Source of the DNA: Tubiluchus corallicola
Lineage: Eukaryota > Animalia > Priapulida
Assembly (NCBI GenBank): GCA_030141605.1
Contig: JAQGDQ010000431.1
Coordinates: 135,005-199,004 of the forward strand
Length of the DNA: 64,000 nucleotides
Direction: 5' to 3'
The notes below the pieces were generated by a model that saw only the letters and a program-made list of their open reading frames with translations, had not been told where the DNA came from and ran no database searches. Positions 28,150-39,945 of the stretch are shown here, piece by piece; within the stretch, counting starts at the first letter, position 1, and the number at the start of each line of letters is the position of its first letter. The position numbers and the translations under genes were made by a program.

Positions 28150-28468
28150 GTAACTGTGTGAAATGTACAATTTGTGTCTCACGTTCATGCAAACGTATTC
28201 AGTCACAAACATTTTGTATCTCACAGTTACACAAAGATTTTGGTTTGCATTTTCATGGTAATTTTATTAAAACTTGCATCTCAGCCTGTGATGTTAGACT
28301 CTTTATGTTAGCTTACATTTTACATGTTAGCTTTTAAATTTTTAGATTTTGCATACATCAATTGTTTACATTTGCTTATTTACTTTTTTCGATATAATTA
28401 TATATATCGAAATATACATACATATGCACATATATACGTATGTATACATATACATTTTATATATGCAC

Positions 28469-28514
<46 letters not shown>

Positions 28515-29081
28515 TATGTATTATATGTATATATACCTGTATATAAACCTGTATATAAGTAAAAATACAATTATATATATATAATAAAATATATATATAA
28601 AATATATGCATATATAAAATGTATATGTGTACATACGTATATATGTGCATATATAGCACATATAGCATCACTTACCTGTCCTTTCAATGCATACTTAAAA
28701 TTGCCATTTTAAAATATTCTCTAGAAAAAAATTTGCAATATTTCTACTGTTCAGTTAATACGCTATTATAACAGCCTGTCTTGCTTTCACTAACAGTGTG
28801 CAATGTGATTGCTTAAAATCAGCTCAGCATTTATCTTGGAATGTGAAGTTTTAGGGTAAAACCTTGGGGTACTGAGCTACATTTACCAGTCTGGCTTGAA
28901 TTGTGTTGCTGACATTAAGTGTTCAGACAATTTCAATAGCACTAGGAACTTTGCCCACCTGTACAAAACTTCTCACATGAAGTGTGGCTGCCTATAAATG
29001 GAACTGAAATGCGTAAGTCAGGTGTGTTTTGACCAAGTATAAAGCTGCAGTATTGACTCACTTTTACTTGTATTTAATCAA

Positions 29082-29604
29082 AGGAAAGCCGGATGATTGA
29101 TTAGACTCAATCTCATTTTAATTTGCCGTCCAAAATATACATTTTCTTGCTTATAAAAGTTAGCATTTTTTTCTAATATTTGAATAATTACTTTGGAAAG
29201 TTAATAAAGGCAACCGAACACAGCTATCACTTACGTCACAAACTAACCACAGTTTGTGCAATAGTAAGCATCTGCCCTGCGCGTCAAGCACATTTGTGTA
29301 AGTAGCGATTGCTATGAGACGCTGACATGATGTCAAGAAAATGAACACTGACATCACAGACGAACATTGCAGTTTATGACCATGCTTATCACGCTACCAC
29401 GCCCACACGTGAATGTGACAAAAAGGCATTATTGCCAGTGAATTCACTGAGCTCCGCTTAGCTTTGAAAATTTAACAAAATTTAACTATCCAAAGTAATT
29501 ATTATTTAGTCTAAGTTTTGATTTAAAAAAAAGCTGTTGTAGTTTTCATTATTTTAGAGCATACTTTATTTTGAGTTAATGTCTACACAATCGTCCGGTT
29601 TTCT
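29082..29604 (-). mobile_element. Kolobok-like family B copy, inverted relative to 23441
   Basis: AGGAAAGCCGGATGATTG...CAATCGTCCGGTTTTCT-TTAA; internal reverse homology. Confidence 0.85.
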
Positions 29605-29738
29605 TTAAATTTCGCTATATCAAGCTGTGGTGATCGGCTTATGGCAATTTTTCTCTTTGTGAGAACATGGCTTTTGCATTCGCATCGTCACAGCAACCGT
29701 TTTCTTTTCATAAAATTGCTCTATGACATTTTTTGCAG

Positions 29739-29896
29739 ATCTTTGGACCGGTGATGTCCATACTTAGGTTCGACAATTACGACGAAATTTACGACAGAGC
29801 GAATGACTCAAAATACGGTCTTGCCGCTTCAGTGTTTACAAAAGATTTAGATAAAGCGATGATGATTGCATCTGGTGTTAAAGCTGGTACAGTGTG
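29739..29896 (+). CDS. ALDH2: ALDH2 exon 11 (158 nt)
   Basis: tgcag|[52 protein letters not shown](W)|gtgagt. Confidence 0.97.
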
Positions 29897-30043
29897 GTGA
29901 GTATTTATTGATTTTTTACGACTGAAAATTGACCATAATACCTAGTTTTTGCTTTCAAGAAATGGTCCACGTTTTCCCCAAGGCTGATGCTAATATAGTC
30001 TTTTATAGTTAAAACATCACAACTTTATTAATTAAAAATCATA

Positions 30044-30083
30044 TCTAACGTTTCGACAGAGCTACTACTTTCATCATCAGTGG
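30044..30083 (-). ncRNA. degenerate hammerhead motif
   Basis: CCA CTGATGA T GAAAG..CTGTC GAAAC GTT AGA; mismatches in stems I and II. Confidence 0.45.
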
Positions 30084-30812
30084 TAAGTTTCACAAACATA
30101 CAATCGGTTTATATAGGCAGAGCCTAGAGTATAGAACATTATGCACTAATTATGTATTTAACAGAAGCTAAATAGGTAATGATTAAGCAGGTCAGTACAA
30201 GAGAAATTGATAGAGTAAATTATGCATTAATTGTGTATTTAACAGATATTCTCTAATCTCTATTAGTTATTTTACAGGTTTTGATTTGACTAAATGGAGA
30301 TGGAGTAAATTATGCACTATTTGACCACTATTTGACTTTTTGTAAATACATAATTAGTGCTTAATTATGAAAGAGATTTGAAAGTGGTATATTTAGCATA
30401 AGTAGTGGAGGGGAGACTAACTAAGTAATCACGGTGTTAACTTAGTTACCAAAGTTGAGCAGTTCAAGCTTGGTTAGTAAATCTACGGATAGTTGCACGG
30501 AAAATTGTTTTTGTTACGACACCTGTTGTTCTGTAGTTGATTACTTCTCTCGTCGGGGATAAATGCATTTGCACCTGAGCTCGATTACGACTCACCTGTT
30601 CAGTTTTTCATCTTGAACCATTATTCTTAATAAAGAGCTTGATAATCCGACCGCACAGACTGCACACGTGTCCGTTGAGTAAGTCCTGCTTCTAAACTGC
30701 GAATCCCGGCTTGACGAACTGCATTAAAATAAGCTTACATATTACCATGTACTTATAGTTAAAAACAACGCAACTTTATTAAAAACTTTTACATTAAAAA
30801 GTTAAAATCATG

Positions 30813-30851
30813 CCAAATGTTTCGACAGGCTGCTGCTGTCATCATCAGTGG
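30813..30851 (-). ncRNA. minimal hammerhead ribozyme motif (antisense copy)
   Basis: CCA CTGATGA T GACAG cagcagc CTGTC GAAAC ATT TGG. Confidence 0.6.
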
Positions 30852-31435
30852 TAAATTTACAAACTTACAACCAGTTTATATTGGCAGAGACTATTATGCA
30901 CTAATGATGTATTTACAAAAGCCAAATAGCATTAATGATTAAGCAGACCTGAAGAAAAGAAATTGATACAGTAACAAATAGCTAAGTGTTTTAAAATAAA
31001 GTTAAAGGAATTGAACTGCTTTGTACATCAAGAAAAAAGTTATTAGGGTACATAGATAAACTTTTTTTTATTAATAAGTCCCAGTTATTTGTAGGTCTGA
31101 TCATGATACTGAGTATTATTAAAATTAGCTTTGTGGCCAGAGGCACAAATACGGTTATTAATGCTGGAGTGAGGAGAATTTTTTATTTTTTGCCAGTTCT
31201 AGACGAAACAAACGGACACTTTAAAGTAAGAACATGTGAAGATCTTATGATGAGTATTTCGTCTAGAACTGTTAAGAAATTAAAAAAATCCCCTCGATTC
31301 AGCATTAATGACCTTATTTGTGCCTCTGACCGCAAAACTAATTTTAATAATTTCATTTAATAATTCTCTGTTAATTACTTAATTAGTGCATAATGGGCTC
31401 TGCCCATATAAACTGGTTGTATGTTTGTAAATTTA

Positions 31436-31471
31436 CCACTGATGATGACAGCAGCTAGTCGAAACGTTTGG
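31436..31471 (+). ncRNA. minimal type I hammerhead ribozyme motif
   Basis: CCA CTGATGA T GAC agcagcta GTC GAAAC GTT TGG. Confidence 0.65.
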
Positions 31472-32414
31472 CGTGATTTTAACTTTTTAATGTAAAAGTT
31501 TAAAAACGTTTTTATTAAATGTGTGTTTTAATAGTGTTTTAACTATAAACATTACAGTTATGGCTTTTAAAGCAACGTAAAAGTTGTACGACTGAGATTT
31601 ATCATTTTCCACAATTTTTATTCAAAATCAGTTTTGAGATTTATGGGATTTTTTTGTGTGACATGAAAACTTTACATGTATCTGGTAACACAGCTATTGG
31701 TTAAAACTGAAAACAATTAAAATTTGCAAAAAAAATCATGTGAAATCTTTCTACAATGTTTATTTCACAAATTTCTACTTATTTTACGTGCCTGTAATAA
31801 AACAAACCATGTACTTGTATCACGTGTAATGGTGACTTTTGAAGGAAAGGCTTAGACTCTTGAGAAGTTGGGCTTCTTTCAATGATTGCAAAAAATGTTA
31901 GGAAGATTCAGTAATAAAGTTGCGAACACTTCAAGCTTAGTGCTCCCAGTTTTAACGCCCATTGTTCCACCAATGACATCATTCATCCCATTGTTCCACC
32001 AATGACATCATTCATCTCATTGTTCCACCATTGACATCAGTCATCGACTGCTGAAAAGCAGCACATTGTCAGTTTGGATCAAAAGTATAATAAGTTTTTA
32101 AAAAAATTAGTTAGCTAATTTTGCGATGTTTTTGCGTAAACATTAAGCTGCAGAAGTCTGAATTAGTTTAAGCAGCACGTGCTTATGAAAGTTACTAAGT
32201 CTCCCGCTTTAGCATTTAATTATGAACTTTGTAGCATTTGAAATCAAAGTTGAAAATTATATTCAAATTGAAAATATTTTTTTTAAAAATCACGTAGCTT
32301 ATTTGTTTTAGACGATTATTTAAAGCAATTTTTTGTAATTACTGTCTAAGTTGCGAGCGAGTGTTACTATTTTACGAATAATAAAATTGTTTAACTGAAA
32401 TTAGTCGGCAATTT

Positions 32415-33068
32415 GTGTGCTTGCAAACCAAAACCGTCCATAAGTCAGCATAATTAAAGCTACGTTATGATGTTTGAAAGTAGAATGACAAAAAATTTGG
32501 TCAAATGTCAATTTTTCGTATTTTATAAAAACCAGTGCTAAATATATTGGACTTTTATATTCTAGCATCAAATTATCAAGAACGTGCTCAAAAATTACTA
32601 AAAATCTAATTTTATAACCCCGTATCCATTTTTCTGGTTAGAAACTAGTAATGCGATTGTAAAAACCTTGTATTTTCATACTCTGATAGTAGTGCGTAGA
32701 AGCAGTCATTTCACTTCGGGTTTTTACTGTTGCCAAACCCAGATCCTCGTCAGACTAGGCCATCTACTGGATTTAAATGTAACTTCAGTGTGCTCTTGTA
32801 AAGTCCATAACAACCAACATTTGTGTGGTTGCTAAGTGTTTTGTAGAAACATGACAAAAACAATGGCTGACTTTAACAGCGATTTTCTCAAGATTATGTT
32901 TTTCAGTGCGCAACCTGCACCTCACCTACAACATGGATTATCTCAGCTTAGAAATAACATAGAGCAATGAACTTGACATCAAAATGATCCTCATGAAATG
33001 GAGACTCAGAATATGTGAATAACTAGAAAAGCTTTACTGTTGACTTATAGAAGATTGTGCAAGCACTC
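32415..33068 (+). mobile_element. MITE family F copy
   Basis: GTGTGCTTGCAAACC...GTGCAAGCACTC; colinear with 40518-41094; a further diverged copy at ~25050-25660. Confidence 0.8.
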
Positions 33069-33340
33069 AAATAATAAAATTGTTAAACTAAATTATTGTT
33101 GTTATGTTGTTATGTTATTATGTTATGTTAATTTAAATTTATTTATTATTGTTAATTTAGTTGTTATGTTAATTTAAATTTAATTGTTAAAGTAAATTAT
33201 AAATGACTCGGCAATTTTAACATAATTCATTATCTTTTCTTGCATTTATTTTTGAGCATTCAGTTTTGCTATTTTTTTGCCATGCTGCGAAGCATTTCAC
33301 ATGTTGAAATCACCAATGTCAGAAATGTCTCTCATTTCAG

Positions 33341-33455
33341 GGTGAACTGCTACAATAACTTCGATGCTGCCGCTCCGTTTGGAGGGTACAAGATGTCCGG
33401 AATGGGTCGGGAGAAAGGAGAGTATGGCATGAGGGCCTACACGGAGGTGAAAACT
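33341..33455 (+). CDS. ALDH2: ALDH2 exon 12 (115 nt)
   Basis: ttcag|[38 protein letters not shown]|gtaagt. Confidence 0.98.
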
Positions 33456-33954
33456 GTAAGTTTAGTTTTTCTGATAGTGAAGCCATTGCTTTCCTGTGAC
33501 ACGTGAAGCCAGTATTTTATCATTAATAATGAAAAACATTTTGCATGTAGTAAATTACTTGCAATTAGCTTCGTTGTTTCCTAAATTAAACCATTAATCA
33601 TGATTAAACGTTGCATAATTTACCCGCTATGATATCATTACAAACTAATGCGTAATTTATGGATTGAAATTTCTGCAAACGCTACAAAAACAAAGATAAG
33701 AGGTACATTTTTTCACATAAATATAAGAGTTTCGCAATTTGACAGGTTAGAATAATTAAAATAAAGCTGCTTTAAGCGTTATAATCAACATCTGTTCAAG
33801 ATCAAACTAGTAAGAACAAAATAACATTAAAATGATAGATTTCATGAGTCCTGATAGGTTTACGGAATTTTGGGTTTTTTAAAAAAGTTCACCTTATTAT
33901 CTATAGAAATTATATTATACACAGAAATTAAATAGGCGTCTTTATGGAAAACCA

Positions 33955-34410
33955 CTTGATATAAAATCACCTGGCAGAGTATCCAGTGATGATCTGTATG
34001 ATGTGGTCAAATAGAATCCTTGGAGTAAACAAATACAAGCAAGAAGATTGGATTGAATTGGGCATACACTAAGATTAAATGGTCTGACAGAATATCCAAT
34101 GATGATCTGTATAATGTGGTCAAGAAGAATCCTTGGAATAAACAAACACAAGTAAGAAGATTGCATGGGATTGGGCGTACACCAAGATTACCTCAAGAGT
34201 CTCCTCTTCCTATAGCATTACGTAAAATTCTTGAAATGACAAAAAACCAAGAGGGGGGCCAGAAGTTTATAGATTTACTACAAAAAGGTTTGGCAAATAC
34301 AAACTCTAGGTTTGAGGGATGATGCTTCGTAAGTGGTGGGGGTGGACAGGAATGCCTCAACAGGTGGGACATGTCTTAGAACGCAGCAGCACCAAAACAA
34401 CGATGATGAT
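33955..34410 (+). mobile_element. RTE-like LINE 3' remnant with an internal ~115-bp tandem duplication
   Basis: IKWSDRISNDDLY..KNPWNKQTQVRRL..IG motif present twice; short (GAT)n tail. Confidence 0.65.
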
Positions 34411-34437
34411 GACTCCATTATCAGTACTGAACTTTAA

Positions 34438-35095
34438 AGGACAAGAAAAGGGGTACCTGAAGTAGGCTTCAGAAAAATCACCTTAAAAATTATACTACTT
34501 TACAGCAATTTTATGCACATATCGTACTCGCATTAAAAGGAATTTTTGTTTATTTTCATTTTAAATCTCCCGCATTACTGTTCCAACCATGCCATTACGT
34601 GACGTCATACACATAAACTGGGCAGAAAAAGAAATTTTGAACTATGTCTCAAAAAACTTTCCATGCAAAATTATATTACTTAGCATTTCTCTTACCTGCT
34701 TGAAAGACTTATGTAACTAGAAATAATGTTCGTGCCAGTAAAATGTCACTGACTCACCCTCCAGGGTACACCACTCACTAACAAAAATGTATTTTTAATC
34801 TTATTTACAAGATACAGTAATTTAAAATTTTACTTAATTAGTAAAGTGTGCTACTTACATGTGTGCTACAAATGCTCTGATTATTTTTTCAAATTTTACG
34901 CAATGTTATCTAAACTTGTTTCAAAAGACCTACGATTAAAATGGTTGCGCCTAACGGTCATTGCGAAAGTTTAAATTTACATGTTTTATACACCGTTGCT
35001 GCTGACGTAAGCCCTGCATGCACAAAAGCAGTATGTAAGTTGTACAAAATTTCAAAACGAATTTTTTAAGCTTTATGTAGGTGGAGTTCTTTAGC
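34438..35095 (+). mobile_element. Kolobok-like family D
   Basis: TTAA-AGGACAAGAAAA start; colinear with 56010-56591, which ends TTTTCTTGTGC-TTAA. Confidence 0.8.
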
Positions 35096-35255
35096 CTTTT
35101 CATAAGTACACTGCTTTGAAGCTGTATAAATGAACTTCAGTAAATCCTTTGCATAAATAACGACATGGTAAGTTTGCTAAACGTGCTTCAGAACTTTACG
35201 TATCAAATGTATTGATTTTTTGCAGCCCTATATCTCGATTGTATCTTGTTTCTAG

Positions 35256-35288
35256 GTGACCATAAAGTTACCTCAGAAGAACTCGTAA
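35256..35288 (+). CDS. ALDH2: ALDH2 exon 13 (33 nt including TAA)
   Basis: tctag|VTIKLPQKNS*; canonical ALDH1/2 C-terminus PQKNS. Confidence 0.96.
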   Translation: MTIKLPQKNS

Positions 35289-35478
35289 ACCCTCCCACGA
35301 CTGGGCGGACGGACGGTCATCACTGGACTCCCATTGTCTTCTCTAACTCTAATATACCTCACTAATTTTTGTAGACAAGTCGGTACCAGTTGTTGGTTAT
35401 TAGTAATCGTGATTCGTTTATTTTGATATATTAATGTTAATTAGACGGAAGTAGTGAAAGTTTCATCGCGCATGTTAA

Positions 35479-36173
35479 TTCCTTCAGGACCGTAAGAGTT
35501 TGTTGCATTTAACATGGGTTCACAACAATCTGCTCTCACTAAGCAGCTATTACATTATATTTGATAATTTTTGTAGGTTTCTACTCCTCACACAATGAAT
35601 TTTAATGCAAAATTATGTATGAAATGCATTTGCATACCTTAGACAAATTAAAAATAGATTTTTGATAAATAAATTAAAAAAAGCTTTCAGTAACTGCTGT
35701 GTTTGCACTGTAACAATGTACAGTATCACTTGTATGAAATCGGCTAATGCAGAAAATTTCAACTATCCAGACACAACACTCTGATACACTTTGGCCTCAG
35801 GTCTACTCTATTTTTAAGGAGAAATTCCTGTTAAAAGATGAAACGACCTTAATTTGTTCTTGGCTGATCGGTTGGGTTTTCCTGGGAATCTGTACAGCAG
35901 ACAGTTCTCTTGGGCTGCATCAAACAGGCGATCAATAAATTAGTGTGTACAATCATGTAAGTGTACACCAGACTAAGCTAATCAATAGGCTAAGTTGGAG
36001 TGCCTGAAGACGACGTGTTTTTCTCAATTTTATCCAATTAAATCATTTATAAATGTTTAAACAAATAGGATTGTTGGATAGCTGAGATTTTCCTGTTATT
36101 TCTGTGCTCATACAATAGCAGAAAAGTCATAGGTGTTATAAGACCTAGTTTGAATGGTGCGGTCCTGAAGGAG
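35479..36173. mobile_element. piggyBac-like MITE family J, downstream of the ALDH2 stop
   Basis: TTAA-TTCCTTCAGGACCG...CGGTCCTGAAGGAG-TTAG. Confidence 0.78.
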
Positions 36174-37025
36174 TTAGGCGTGATTTAAGGAGACAATGTA
36201 TCTCATTCAGCTGCATTGTTCTCAGTTTTCCATGCGGCTTTTATAGCGAATCTCGAACAAGCTGCCCACTTTGATCTCGTCTCATATTATTCATTTTAAA
36301 CATGTTCAATTTTGCCACAGTTTTAGTTCATTTATGTCAGAAATGTAGTTATCAGTGTCGTAGCTTTATGACCTTAGAGGCTCGATTTAATGGAATTGTT
36401 AGTTGGAAAGAGTTTACAATTTAAGTACCCTGACCCAAACCTTAAGCTTAATTCAAACCCCAGCGCTAATCCTAACCCTAACTCACACCGTAAGCCTAAC
36501 CCACCCTGATCCTAATCCTAATCCTGATCTGCTTCATGAACTAATTCGTTCGTGTGCGGCAGATTGTAAACTTTATCCTGTTAGTTTAGTAGTCATTTTT
36601 CTAGTGAAACCGGTGATGTAAACAACTAATCTTCCCCTGGCTCATTTACATTAATGCCGGGTTACACTTGTGGTTAGAATTTAAACGGTTTCAAACCACT
36701 GCAGACATTTTAAAGGCAGTAGCCCACCCATCGGGGTGGGATTTCGGCAGAAATCATACCCAGGGTTGACAATCAATGATATTATGAAGATATTTTTATG
36801 AAAGTAGAGCTACAACATGCCGTAAAGTGAATCTTTTATTTGTATTTGTATCGTACACAAATGAGTTTTATTTTACGTTTTTTATTTTATTCTGCAAACT
36901 GAATGTTTCCTTTTGTATCGAAAACGATCGTGATGTACAGTAGTACGGACAATCAAGATTGCCTTTTCAATTTTCTGTCAGTGAAGACCATTGATATACA
37001 TTGTCACACACATTAGAGCAGAATT

Positions 37026-37391
37026 AGCCTTTTCGCAGTTCCAGCGATTGATGATGTTCGTGAAAAGGTCAAAGGTTAAGTGTACCAGACAATGCATTTG
37101 TGAACACTTGACGACGCCTCACAGCCCATGCTGTTGCAATAGCAATTAAGAAAAGGGACGAATGCTAGCTATAGAACCTTACCTATTTTTTTCTTGTTCC
37201 CAAGTAAGAGTCCACACAGGCCAACGCATAATTAAGTAAAGTCCAAGAAAACAACTGAAGTTACTGAACTGATGTGGCTTTGCTTTACCCACATGTCACG
37301 TGACGGTTGTAGCTAAGACGCGTTGCTGTGGTGCACTTAACCTTTGACCTACAGCAACTGCGCGTGTGCACAACGAAACCGTGAAAAGGCT
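37026..37391. mobile_element. MITE family E (~370 bp, AGCCTTTTC TIR, TWA flanks)
   Basis: Further copies at ~19440-19710, 42441-42813, 44950-45322, 49449-49828 and 54520-54892. Confidence 0.85.
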
Positions 37392-39339
37392 TATTTTTGT
37401 GCATCGAGTCAAACGTCTTTATACCACCTGTTTTGCATTGTGTAAGTTTGACATTATAACAAGGTACATTAATGCACACACTTTTGTCTATGCAAATATA
37501 GATGTTTTGCATTACTAAAGTTTGGGGCATTAAGAAGAATTTCTAAACATCATTTTTGAGTCAAAATAATAAAGAATTAAGTAATATGAAGGACATACAT
37601 TTCATTATCGACAGAAAAGTATCCGTTACTAGCGTGATGGCATTGTGTTTTCAAAACTATTGACTGATAGGGTGATTTGTTTACTAAATTAATGATCTCA
37701 GCACAAGATATTTAATTGTTATTTTTAAGCTGCTTTATATTTTAACAATCCTGTTTTTAATCTAGTTTATATTTACTTAGGTTTATGTTCTTAGCTTATT
37801 AACGATTTTGTTATTATCAGTTAGTTTCTTGTGATATTGAATATAATTATGTTAAAGTAATAAACAGAGCGATAATCTTGAATAAAGATGTTATCATCAA
37901 GCATTTTTTACTGAATAAAGCAAAGCTAATTATATATTTGATGTGCGAGTTAAAATTAATTCTCTTCCATTCCCGGATAACTGTACTCCCGTGTTTTCCC
38001 TATTTTTCTTACAGGATTCTCCTTGCTGCCTAGGCTAAGTGTACTTGATGTGAGTAGCAACATGCCCTTGGGGAGAAAGTAGGGTAAGGAGGGATGAAAA
38101 GAACATTTGGGCAAATGGAGACTTTTCCTACATGTGTTTTCGTTTCCGTCCAGTATCAAGTAAATTAGAAATTAAAATGTATGATTGAGGGCATTTCCCC
38201 CCTCTCTGTCCCTTCCTCTCTTCCTTTCTCTGTCTCTCTCTCTCTCCCTCCTCGCAGTCCCTCCCTCTCTCCCTTTCCCTCCCTCTCCATCTCTGCCTTT
38301 TCCTCTCCGTCTCTCCCTCTTTATCTTTCTCTCTCTCTCCCCATCTCTCTCTCTCACCATCTTCCTCTTCCTCATCACTTCTCTTTCTCTATTTCTTCTG
38401 TATCTCTATTTAGTTTACTCAGCTAGTATACATAGCAAACTAGTCACTATACAAAGGCCTTGATTGCATATATATTTTTATACTATTTTCAATAATATTT
38501 GAGTACTTCACTTCAGGTTAGGTGCTTTTCAAATACAACGACAAAAAAGTTCAATTCTATACGCATTTATTACAAAACCATTATAAATACACAATTATGT
38601 ACAATAATAAATAGCTGTTATATTTACAGTAATTACAATACAGTATCGTTCATCATTTGGTTCAATCTGTTACAAGAACTTACATAAATATTTATCAGGT
38701 AATATTTCATAGGGCTCACGTTCTTTCCTGAACTTACTGATTTTTTTAAGCTGCCATATTAGCTTCAATAAACTCTGTAATAAAATAATGGCAATTATTT
38801 TACATTTCTAACTGAATAACAGTGACTATCTAATGATCATCATTCAACAATAGATCAGCATCTACATTATCCATTTCAGCATTTCTGTTATACTGACCTG
38901 CATTAATCTCTATGTTACAACTCTTACATAGTTATGATCATTTATATATACTTCACATTGGGGGATTTCATGTTTTAAAAGACTTCCACTTGTTATCTAT
39001 TTCTAAAACTTTAAAGAAAACTCCATTTTGATAAGAGATGAACTGTTCTTTGATGAGGACACACATACACATTGTGCCATAGTACAATGAGATGTTATTT
39101 TTTAGACAGTTAGACGTACATTTGACTTCAACGCTTTCAGAATCTAGCGACTGTTGTAACAAGAACATTTTTATTGGGTCACATGAGTTGCGTTTCACAT
39201 GGACAATCAGTGAAGGCATCACTAAGTCAAGAGATTTTAAACACGTTGCCAATATCAGTCAGTTCATCGTTTGTTTCATCCTTGGTCAATTTATGTCTCA
39301 TTAATTAGTCATATCATAGTACTGCACTGAAAAGGTGGA

Positions 39340-39945
39340 GATGTTGCATAGGTTTTGATAGTTCATGTTGCATGGGTTTTGATAGTTTATGTTTCATGGG
39401 TTTTCATAGTTTATGTTGCATGTGTTTTTATAGTTCATGTTGTATGAGCTTTGGTAGTTTATGTTGCATGTGTTTTTATAGTTCATGTTGTATGAGCTTT
39501 GGTAGTTTATGTTGCATGTGTTTTTATAGTTCATGTTGTATGAGCTTTGGTAGTTTATGTTGCATGGGTGTTGATAGTTTATGTTTCATGGGTTTTGATA
39601 GTTTATGTTGCATGGGTTTTCATAGTTTATGTTGTATAAATTTTGATAGTTTGTTGTGTGGGACTTGATAGTTTAGGTTGAGTTGGTTTTGACAGTTTGT
39701 GTCACATGGGTTTTGATAGTTTATGTTGCATGTGTTTTTATAGTTCATGTTGTATGAGTTTTGATAGTTTATGTTGCATGTGTTTTTATAGTTCATGTTG
39801 TATGAGTTTTGATAGTTTGTTTCATGGGTGTTGGTAGTTTATGTTTCATGGGTTTTGATAATTTATGTTTCATGGCTGTTGATAATTTATGTTTCATGGG
39901 TGTTGATAGTTTATGTTTCATGGGTGTTAATAGTTTATGTTGCAT
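39340..39945. repeat. 24-bp minisatellite with a 48-bp higher-order block
   Basis: Unit TTTTGATAGTTTATGTTGCATGGG, about 25 copies. Confidence 0.95.

Larger units (their letters stand above)
30003..31548. mobile_element. Penelope-like element remnant (two tandem pLTR-like repeats plus one inverted copy)
   Basis: 30003-30240 resembles 30753-30975 (direct); 31381-31548 is the inverted copy; each carries a CTGATGA...GAAAC core. Confidence 0.65.

Noticed and set aside
35286-35330. Stop-codon readthrough or peroxisomal extension of ALDH2
   Set aside because: The stop is TAA-A, not a leaky TGA-CTA context
39372-39668. Cys-rich metallothionein-like ORF
   Set aside because: Translation of the 24-bp minisatellite; the same applies to the ORFs at 47822-48309
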